Positions 1 through 6,323 of a stretch of 13,565 bases of DNA are shown one piece after another. Each line of letters opens with the position of its first letter. Within the stretch, counting starts at the first letter, position 1. The stretch lies in assembly GCA_040289575.1 (NCBI GenBank), contig PSLL01000004.1:12228-25792 (forward strand), given 5' to 3'. The DNA comes from Candidatus Dadabacteria bacterium (GTDB lineage Bacteria > Desulfobacterota_D > UBA1144 > Nemesobacterales > CSP1-2). The position numbers and the translations under genes are program-made. The notes under the pieces are model-generated. The model saw only the letters and a program-made list of their open reading frames with translations. It was not told the origin of the DNA and made no database searches.

Positions 1-963
1 CATGCCTGTGAGGGATACGGGCTGATATGCTACTCCCTTTATAACATCATAGTTATCAATGGCGAGTTGAAGCACCCTTCCTACGTGGTGGTTATTAAGA
101 CCATTGATGACCGTATCAACAAGGATGACACTGAGTCCGACCTTTCTTGCATTCTCTATTGTCTTGAACTTATACTCAAGAAGAGGCTCCCCCCTTGTCT
201 TTTTAAATATGGCATCATCAATCCCGTCAAACTGCAGGTAGAAACTCTCAACGCCCGCCTCCTTACAGGCCTGGGCAAACTCTAAGTCAGCGGATTTAAT
301 CCCGTTTGTATTTACCTGAATGTATTCAAACCCCATATCATGCGCGGTCTTTACTATCTTCAAGAAATTGGGATGCACAGTCGGCTCCCCGCCTGAGAAT
401 TGAACCCTGTCAGATGCCACAGGTTTCTGTGTAAGGAGTGTCTCAAGCATCCTCACTACCTCATCATATGTAGGCTCATATAGATACCCGGCGGCGTTGG
501 CATTGGCAAAACATACAGGGCATGTAAGATTACATCTGTTTGTCAGGTCTATAATGGGTAGAGAGCTTACGCTCGTATGCATATTGCAGAGTCCGCAGTG
601 CTCAGGGCATACGGTAGCACTCTTTACTTTAGGATTTTCAAGCCCTCTTTGGTCTCCATACCACATCCTCTCAGCCTTGTAATACATATCCACATCTGAA
701 AAAAACAGGTCTTGAATCTCTCCATGCTCAGGGCATTCCTTTGTCATCCAAACCTTGCCGTCCTCTTCATAAAGAACGGCGGGGATGATCTTCCTACAAT
801 CAGGACAGAGCGAATCCACAGTCTTAGGCAGTCCCGTCTTAATTGGGGTTATCTCGTATCCAAAGTAGGTCGTCTTGGGTTGATCTTTCATCCACTTAAG
901 CTCCTTGTTAGCCTCCCCATTCCCGTTTCCATTTCCGTTCGACTTTTTAAATATCTCTAGCAT
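1..963 (-). CDS. Radical SAM protein, tetraether lipid synthase (Tes/GDGT-MAS, MJ0619 family) homolog; partial, 3' end lies beyond the left edge of the window
   Basis: Manual translation from ATG at 963 is open for 321 codons to position 1: MLEIFKKSNGNGNGNG...LPKTVDSLCPDCRKIIPAVLYEEDGKVWMTKECPEHG...CPEHCGLCNMH...IDLTNRCNLTCPVCFANANAAGYLYEP...VQFSGGEPTVHP...IQVNTNG...FYLQFDG...RGEPLL...AYQPVSLTGM. Motifs: rubredoxin-like C53/C56/C77/H80, auxiliary-cluster CxxxCxxCxxH (C119/C123/C126/H129), radical SAM CxxxCxxC (C144/C148/C151), GGEP. Motif order matches MJ0619 as I recall it (SLCPIC..CPEHG..CPYDCGLC..H..IDVTNRCNLNCPICFANAN..YLQFDG..QPVSFTG). Confidence 0.92.
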   Translation of the reverse strand, partial: MLEIFKKSNGNGNGNGEANKELKWMKDQPKTTYFGYEITPIKTGLPKTVDSLCPDCRKIIPAVLYEEDGKVWMTKECPEHGEIQDLFFSDVDMYYKAERMWYGDQRGLENPKVKSATVCPEHCGLCNMHTSVSSLPIIDLTNRCNLTCPVCFANANAAGYLYEPTYDEVVRMLETLLTQKPVASDRVQFSGGEPTVHPNFLKIVKTAHDMGFEYIQVNTNGIKSADLEFAQACKEAGVESFYLQFDGIDDAIFKKTRGEPLLEYKFKTIENARKVGLSVILVDTVINGLNNHHVGRVLQLAIDNYDVIKGVAYQPVSLTGM

Positions 964-967
964 AATA

Positions 968-975
968 CACCTCCT
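968..975 (-). promoter_or_regulatory. Shine-Dalgarno site of the Tes-like gene
   Basis: Minus strand reads AGGAGGTG-TATT-ATG(963). Confidence 0.85.
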
Positions 976-999
976 GTCTTAATTATATAGATAAATTCG

Positions 1000-1016
1000 T
1001 GCAAAAACTATGCCAG
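1000..1016 (-). promoter_or_regulatory. Sigma54 (RpoN) -24/-12 promoter for the Tes-like gene
   Basis: Minus strand CTGGCATAGTTTTTGCA versus consensus YTGGCACG-N4-TTGCW. There are exactly 10 nt between GG and GC, and the orientation is correct. Predicted TSS is near 989, about 26 nt before the ATG. Confidence 0.75.
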
Positions 1017-1076
1017 CCGCTCTATACATCCAGTTTCCAAAAATCCTAATATTTACAGGGAAATATAAAACCATTG

Positions 1077-1094
1077 AGGCACATAGGTGTGCAA
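1077..1094. promoter_or_regulatory. Candidate enhancer-binding-protein site (proximal palindrome)
   Basis: AGGCACATAGGTGTGCAA (core GCACA-N4-TGTGC) matches the perfect palindrome at 1215-1232 at 14/18 positions. It lies about 90-105 bp upstream of the predicted sigma54 TSS. Confidence 0.5.
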
Positions 1095-1214
1095 TAAAGT
1101 CTTTAGTAAGATACCCTAAAAATAGAAGAAAAAGCCGGATGGCATTTTTACATATAATTCTTAGCTTCTTGGACACACATATTTTTAATTTATGCCCAAA
1201 AATCAAAGAAAAAC

Positions 1215-1232
1215 TTGCACATATATGTGCAA
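1215..1232. promoter_or_regulatory. Perfect 18-bp palindrome: distal activator site and/or priA intrinsic terminator
   Basis: TTGCACATATATGTGCAA is its own reverse complement. It lies about 30 bp after the priA stop and is followed on the minus strand by GTTTTTCTTT. Confidence 0.55.
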
Positions 1233-1261
1233 AGCTATTCTACCCCATCATTATTATCTCA

Positions 1262-3688
1262 TCACATCAATCCCATTGGGTCTACATCAATTGTAATCCT
1301 AATCCTGCCAGAGACGGAGGTATGGGAAATCGCATTTATAAGCTGCCTTGAGAATCTATGAAGCGTATTCACGTCCAAAGACTGCATTAGCATCTGCCAT
1401 CGGTATTGATTCCTTATTTTATATATAGGAGAAGGAGAGGGTCCAAGAATCTTTATAATGCCGATAGGGAGTTTTGATACCAATCTCCTCGCAATTTCCC
1501 CCGACTCTCTAGCCGCATTTGCCGTCTCAGATTCGGTTCTCCCACTGAATCTAAAACTTACAATCCTTGAAAAAGGCGGATACCCTAGTTCTTCACGTAG
1601 CTCCAACTCCTCATTTAGAAACCCAATGCTATTGTGCTCCACCGCAAACCTGATACTGGGATGTTCGGGGTTATATGTTTGAACTATGACCCGCCCTGCG
1701 TGATCTCCCCTGCCCGCCCGTCCTGCAACCTGTGTAATCAACTGAAATGTTCTTTCACCGGCTCTAAAATCTGGGATTCCAAGGGCAAGGTCGGCAGATA
1801 TAACACCCACAAGTGTTACCCCCGGAAGGTCATGGCCCTTTACAACCATCTGAGTGCCAATAAGAATATCTATCTCCCTTTTTTCAAGCCTTCTATAAAG
1901 GTTAAGGAGCTTAATTTTTCCGCCCATAGAGTCTCTATCCATCCTTGCGACACGTGCCTGAGGAAGGATCTTTTTAAGCTCCTCTTCTATCCTCTGAGTT
2001 CCTATACCGATAGCCCTTAAATTCGACCCGCATCTGCTGCAATCCTTTTTAAACCTCTCCGAGATCCCACAGTAATGACATCTTAACATATCTTCCTTAA
2101 TGTGATAGGTGAGAGAAATAGTACAGTTTGGACACATAAGCCGATCCCCGCACCTCGGGCAGATTATGAGTGTTGAGAATCCACGCCGATTAAGAAAAAG
2201 TATGGTCTGCTTTCCCCCTCTATAATTCTCCTCAATCGCTTCCCTGAGCCTTCGTGAGAATATATTGCCCTTCTCTCCCCTCATATCCACTATTTCAACC
2301 TCTGGAAGTGGTCGCTCCTGAACTCTCAAAGGGAGAGAGATATAGGTAAATTTCTCTTTGAGCACATTGGCATACGATTCAACCGAAGGGGTTGCAGAAC
2401 CAAGCACAACTACAGCATTTGTCATCTTCCCTAGAACCAGGGATAAATCCCTTGCATTATAGCGCGGGGACTCGTCCTGTTTATAAGACGGCTCGTGCTC
2501 TTCATCAACGACTATTATTCCCAGGTTTTTAAATGGGGCAAATATCGCAGACCTGGCTCCTATAATTACCTTGACCTCTCCCCTTCTTGCCATACGCCAG
2601 GCATCGAATCTCTCACCATCGCTGAGGGCACTGTGTATCACCGCGATCTCTTTCCCAAACCTTCCGCGGAATCTTTTTACGAGTTGAGGTGTGAGCGATA
2701 TTTCAGGAACAAGAACAATAGCCTCTTTTTCATTTTTAATGACCTCTTCGACTACACGCAGATAGACCTCGGTTTTTCCGCTTCCCGTAACCCCATGGAG
2801 GAGAAAAGGGGAGAATCTTCCCCGTCCTATTGCCTCCTTTATCCTGTAAAAAGCCATTTCCTGGTCGGGGGTAAGCTTAGGAGGAACCTCATCAGAAGGG
2901 ATTATCTCCGAAAACGGATCCCTAGAAATTTTTTCATGTTCAATCTTTATAAACCTTCTATCCTCCATCCACCGGATATGGCGACTCACGTCGCCGAATA
3001 CTTTCCTTATATCCGTATAAGAAACCCTTCCATGAGAAAGTATAAAATTCAGAATCTGAGATTTTGTAAAACCGATTTGTTTTGCTCCATCTCCTAAACT
3101 CATGCATTCCTGTGGCTGTGGCACGATTATCTTTTCAATTTTCACCTTAGGGTCCGATGAAAGCTCATATACGAATTCTATGAACCCTCTACGTCTGAGA
3201 GAATTCAGAATCTCATACGTCGCGCCCTCTACAAGACCAAGAAGCCTTCTAACTGTGGTTTCTCCGGAAACGGATAAGGTTTTGAGAATCAGCTTTTCAA
3301 TTTCGCCCAGTCTATCCTTGCTGCGTGGGTTTGTCCCCTTTTCCATAATTCTTATGACCTTTTTGAGGGTTATACCCAATCCTCCCGGATGTGCGGACTT
3401 AAGAACGATTCCAAGCGATGTCATATAATAACTTGCAATCCATTTGAAAAATTCAAGCCTCTTTTCATCAAAGAGAGGCTCTTCGTCCACAATGTCTATT
3501 ACTTCCCTGAGGGTTAATCTTTCGGGTGGTTTTCCAAACCCGACTGTAAATCCAAGGGCACATCTATTCTTAAACGGGACCAGAACGCGCTTTCCAATTT
3601 GAATTCCATCTTGAAGATTCGTAGGAACCGAATAATAAAACGTCCCCTCATTCTGAATCGGAACTGCGACCCTTATGGTTTCTTTCAT
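1262..3688 (-). CDS. priA: Primosomal protein N' (replication restart helicase PriA)
   Basis: 808 aa. N-terminal 3'-DNA-binding domain (GKRVLVPF), LLHGVTGSGKTEVY, VLVPEISLTPQ, IGARSAIFAP, DEEHEPSYKQ, SATPS, four CxxC zinc ligand pairs (CPRC, CPNC, CHYC, CSRC), GTQMVVKGHD, QVAGRAGR, C-terminal IDVDP. Confidence 0.98.
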   Translation of the reverse strand: MKETIRVAVPIQNEGTFYYSVPTNLQDGIQIGKRVLVPFKNRCALGFTVGFGKPPERLTLREVIDIVDEEPLFDEKRLEFFKWIASYYMTSLGIVLKSAHPGGLGITLKKVIRIMEKGTNPRSKDRLGEIEKLILKTLSVSGETTVRRLLGLVEGATYEILNSLRRRGFIEFVYELSSDPKVKIEKIIVPQPQECMSLGDGAKQIGFTKSQILNFILSHGRVSYTDIRKVFGDVSRHIRWMEDRRFIKIEHEKISRDPFSEIIPSDEVPPKLTPDQEMAFYRIKEAIGRGRFSPFLLHGVTGSGKTEVYLRVVEEVIKNEKEAIVLVPEISLTPQLVKRFRGRFGKEIAVIHSALSDGERFDAWRMARRGEVKVIIGARSAIFAPFKNLGIIVVDEEHEPSYKQDESPRYNARDLSLVLGKMTNAVVVLGSATPSVESYANVLKEKFTYISLPLRVQERPLPEVEIVDMRGEKGNIFSRRLREAIEENYRGGKQTILFLNRRGFSTLIICPRCGDRLMCPNCTISLTYHIKEDMLRCHYCGISERFKKDCSRCGSNLRAIGIGTQRIEEELKKILPQARVARMDRDSMGGKIKLLNLYRRLEKREIDILIGTQMVVKGHDLPGVTLVGVISADLALGIPDFRAGERTFQLITQVAGRAGRGDHAGRVIVQTYNPEHPSIRFAVEHNSIGFLNEELELREELGYPPFSRIVSFRFSGRTESETANAARESGEIARRLVSKLPIGIIKILGPSPSPIYKIRNQYRWQMLMQSLDVNTLHRFSRQLINAISHTSVSGRIRITIDVDPMGLM

Positions 3689-3700
3689 GTACGCTTGGAG

Positions 3701-3729
3701 AGTGTAAACCGTTTTAGAATGAGGTTCAA
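3701..3729 (-). promoter_or_regulatory. Putative sigma70 promoter of priA
   Basis: Minus strand TTGAAC (3729-3724), 17-nt spacer, TACACT (3706-3701), 12 nt before the ATG. No SD sequence is visible. Confidence 0.5.
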
Positions 3730-3833
3730 TAGTGGTGGAGGAAAGTCAGTAGGATTTAAAGGCTATTAATACACACAAACATATAAATTGAATTTATGGA
3801 ATACCGTAAGATGCGAATTCTTTCGATGAGTTA

Positions 3834-3988
3834 TCACATAACTTCTAGTCTATTTCTCTTAGAGATTGATCACGAGTTATTAAAGGAAAACTTAAATGCA
3901 TTGAGGTAGCAGCGATTAATATATCCCACGGATCTGCAACTTTCTCTGTTGAAATCATTCTACTTCTTTGAATTATAGGCAAGCAAAG
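3834..3988 (-). pseudogene. C-terminal remnant of a PIN-domain (VapC-like) toxin
   Basis: Reads LCLPIIQRSRMISTEKVADPWDILIAATSMHLSFPLITRDQSLREID*, and a shifted frame continues LEVM*. DPxDxLIAATx...PLITRD is the typical VapC C-terminal motif. No PIN N-terminal DT motif is present. Confidence 0.75.
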
Positions 3989-4168
3989 CGACTATACAAT
4001 CAGCACTTTTAATCTAATTAAATACTTTTTTATCAATGCGTTCGCCTGGAGTAAGATACCACACTACGCAACAAATACTTCATATTCCAAATTTTGAAAG
4101 TAGATTCGCAAGAGATACAACAATTCCCAATCCCTAGTGCTATGGCTTATGAAAACCTTATATGCCAT
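3981..4168 (-). pseudogene. N-terminal remnant of a TIR-domain protein
   Basis: ATG at 4168 gives MAYKVFISHSTRD (TIR box 1, VFISHS..D). Across frameshifts and stops it continues GIVVSLANLLSKFGI / EVFVA* / WYLTPGERIDKKVFN*IKSADCIVALL, matching the TIR_2 pattern (PG...I...I..AD..v.ll). TAG stops at 4066-4064 and 4016-4014. It is truncated before the conserved WV..E helix. Confidence 0.75.
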
Positions 4169-4201
4169 TTCTACCCCGATAATTTACATATATAACTTCC
4201 A

Positions 4202-4621
4202 TTACTTAACACGAAAACACGTATTACCCGAACACCCCAATGTGACCCGGGCGATTTTGACAATAACGCGCTGCTCTCCAGGCCCACGGTATGGATATTT
4301 ATCAACCCCTAAATACTTCTTCGCAAGACGGTCTATATGAACGTCCGCGCCGTTATGAGTCATCTCAACAACGAGTCCCCGAATCATAACCTGCTCGTAG
4401 GGATTTTCGGAATTCATAACCGTTACCGCAACCCTTGGGTCTCTGCGAAGATTCTTCGCTTTAGCCCGCCCCTCAGCGGTGTTAAAAATGACGAGTTCAC
4501 CGTCCGAATCTATCCAAACCATGCTGATCTGTGGCAAACCATCCGGCATAAGAGTCGCAACCGCAGCAAAGTTTTTGCCTTCAGTAATTAGCTTATGGGC
4601 GAGTTCTGGTAATTTAGACAT
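4202..4621 (-). CDS. PPOX-class putative F420-dependent oxidoreductase (split-barrel flavin/deazaflavin family)
   Basis: MSKLPELAHKLITEGKNFAAVATLMPDGLPQISMVWID...FNTAEGRAKAKNLRRDPRVAVTV...NPY..V.IRG...HIDRLAKKYLG...YP...EQRV. The start is placed at ATG 4621, after GAGAGGGAG, rather than at 4642. The C-terminal tail may be frameshifted. Confidence 0.88.
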   Translation of the reverse strand: MSKLPELAHKLITEGKNFAAVATLMPDGLPQISMVWIDSDGELVIFNTAEGRAKAKNLRRDPRVAVTVMNSENPYEQVMIRGLVVEMTHNGADVHIDRLAKKYLGVDKYPYRGPGEQRVIVKIARVTLGCSGNTCFRVK

Positions 4622-4658
4622 GGCATTCTCCCTCTCAATCAAACCTCAAATAATATCT

Positions 4659-4874
4659 TTAAGCCTTCTCAGTTAAAACCTCGTACTTCACAGGCAATAA
4701 TCCTTCTAAATTCAGATGCTTGTAGGCATCAAGAATCTCGATGCCTACAATTCTGTTATCCTCTCCTAAGTCCACTACGATGTCCTCAGAGAGTCGTCTG
4801 TTAATCACCCCCTGCTTTCAGTCATCGAGGCGAAGGTAAAGCAAGTCGGTTTTGGCATTATAGCGGATTTGCAT
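4659..4874 (-). pseudogene. DUF2283-family small protein (putative antitoxin) with internal stop
   Basis: AGGAGG RBS, then MQIRYNAKTDLLYLRLDD*KQGVINRRLSEDIVVDLGEDNRIVGIEILDAYKHLNLEGLLPVKYEVLTEKA*. The MxIxY...DxLYxxL and IVGIEILDA motifs are typical of DUF2283. In-frame TGA at 4820-4818. Confidence 0.85.
4720..4750. repeat. Inverted repeat with 11-bp perfect arms inside the DUF2283 pseudogene
   Basis: TTGTAGGCATC-AAGAATCTC-GATGCCTACAA. Confidence 0.8.
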
Positions 4875-4884
4875 CTTTTTCCTC

Positions 4885-5134
4885 CTACTTTCCGTAAAAG
4901 ACATAGACTGTTACAGTTATAATAACATTACTTTCGACAGTATAGAACACCTCTACTTTCTTTTGCTCGTAAAATTTATCGTGCCGCTTTTGTATCATAG
5001 ATTTTGGCTCTTCCCCTACGACCATACTTTCCCACAATGGCGAACCCTGTCTTGATTACATCTTCAATTTCCTCTTCGTTCGTACCTCGTTCATCGGCGC
5101 GCTCTAGCGTATGCGGATCAATTCGGATCTCCAT
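4885..5134 (-). pseudogene. DUF4258-like (BrnT/RelE-like fold) putative toxin, frameshifted
   Basis: GAAGGGA RBS and ATG at 5134 give MEIRIDPHTLERADERGTNEEEIEDVIKTG...GRAKIYD. After a frameshift at about 4993 it continues QKRHDKFYEQKKVEVFYTVESNVIITVTVYVFYGK*. The HxxER..ERG....I..VI and IITVTVY motifs are present, and it sits directly upstream of the DUF2283 gene. Confidence 0.78.
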
Positions 5135-5171
5135 ATATTCCCTTCACTTACAATTACCGATTTAGATTAAA

Positions 5172-6323
5172 CTAACTCGGCTTTTCTTTTCCAGAAAGGA
5201 GTCTGTTCAGGATTTCTTTTTGTATATCCTCGATTTCAGTTTTTACTCTTGTAAGCTCATCGAGGGATTTTCCGCGTTCCCTACATTCATCAAATAGGGC
5301 GTCAACCTTTGAAAGCACATGTCTTAATTTCGTCTGAGCCTCTATATTCGCCTTAATGAGCATCTCCTCATTATCCCAGGGGCGCTTTGCGTATGATTCG
5401 AGTTCCTTTGCCTGGACGAGCAGTTCGCGCGCGCGGTCCCTATAGCCGTGAAGCGACTGATAGATTATAGACTGAATCTCCCCTCTTTCACCCGGATCTC
5501 GCCAGAGGACATTTTCGAGAATACCCAAATCGTTTTCATCAACCTCGCCCCTTCCATCAAGATAGGCTCTTGCTTTAATGAGGAGAATTGATTGTTTATA
5601 GCGTCTGTCCGAAAGTACGATCCCCTTCTTCTTGAGTTCATTTCTTATGCGTGAGATAAGCTTTATTACATGAGGCGGAATATGAACGCCCTTTGTTTGA
5701 GATTGACAATATCTGAGCTCTTCAACGGTTATAGTGGTCTTTTTTCTCTCAGCCTCATCGGTCTGTATCATTTTTATGAATCGAAAATCCTCTTTTATGT
5801 AATCCACAACATATCTGAGCAGAAACCTGTCGTATAGGGCTTCAAGCTCATCTTCTTCTGATGGGAGCTCGTTGCTTGCTCCAAAGAGCGTAATGAGAGG
5901 AACCTCAGTCGCTTCAGTACCGTTGTAGAAAACCCGCTCGTTCATAATCGTAAGAAGTGTGTTGAGTATTGAAGAACTCGCTTTAAAGATTTCATCGAGA
6001 AAGGCGATGTAGGCTTCAGGCAATTTTCCGGTTATTACTCTTCTATACTCATCGTTCTCCAACCCCTTGAGACTCACAGCGCCAAAGATCTCTTCAGGCG
6101 TAGTGAACTTTGTAAGAAGCCACTGAAAGTACTTGGCTCCAGAGACCCTTTTGCAGACCTCATGCGCAAGGAGCGATTTTGCCGTTCCTGGAGGACCAAT
6201 AAGAAGTACATGACAGCCGCATAGAAGCGCGCAAAGAGCCCCTTCTATGACCTCGTCTCTTTCAAAAAACTCTCCCCTCAATTCTTCTTTTATCTTCTTT
6301 AGATTCTCTACCGATCTTTCCAT
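5172..6323 (-). CDS. MoxR-family AAA+ ATPase, RavA-like
   Basis: 383 aa. Walker A GPPGTAKS, LLTKFTTPEEIFG, Walker B AFLDEIFKASSSILNTLL, ASNELP, ALYDRFLLR, SDRR lid motif, and a charged helical C-terminus. The start overlaps the gspK 3' end by 16 bp. Confidence 0.92.
   Translation of the reverse strand: MERSVENLKKIKEELRGEFFERDEVIEGALCALLCGCHVLLIGPPGTAKSLLAHEVCKRVSGAKYFQWLLTKFTTPEEIFGAVSLKGLENDEYRRVITGKLPEAYIAFLDEIFKASSSILNTLLTIMNERVFYNGTEATEVPLITLFGASNELPSEEDELEALYDRFLLRYVVDYIKEDFRFIKMIQTDEAERKKTTITVEELRYCQSQTKGVHIPPHVIKLISRIRNELKKKGIVLSDRRYKQSILLIKARAYLDGRGEVDENDLGILENVLWRDPGERGEIQSIIYQSLHGYRDRARELLVQAKELESYAKRPWDNEEMLIKANIEAQTKLRHVLSKVDALFDECRERGKSLDELTRVKTEIEDIQKEILNRLLSGKEKPS

Noticed and set aside
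67..960. Plus-strand ORFs 67-285, 497-682 and 712-960
   Set aside because: They are antisense shadows of the radical SAM gene and carry no recognisable motifs.
979..1351. ORFs 979-1206 (-) and 1010-1351 (+)
   Set aside because: They have no RBS or recognisable domain, overlap the promoter motifs and the priA end, and have the composition of AT-rich noncoding DNA.
1458..3428. Plus-strand ORFs inside priA, including the 200-aa ORF 2495-3097
   Set aside because: They are antisense to an intact conserved gene and have no motifs.
4040..4083. MKYLL..VVWYLT read as the N-terminus of the PIN toxin
   Set aside because: It lacks the DT(H) catalytic motif, and the same bases fit better as the TIR EVFVA.WYLTPGE segment.
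4137..4676. Plus-strand ORFs 4137-4340, 4337-4591 and 4479-4676
   Set aside because: They are antisense shadows of the PPOX gene.
4818..4820. In-frame TGA in DUF2283 as selenocysteine or recoding
   Set aside because: The position is not Cys-like (DDxK), and the nearest strong hairpin is about 70 nt away rather than directly after the UGA. The partner gene is also broken, and TGA is used as a normal stop in priA, gspG and gspD.
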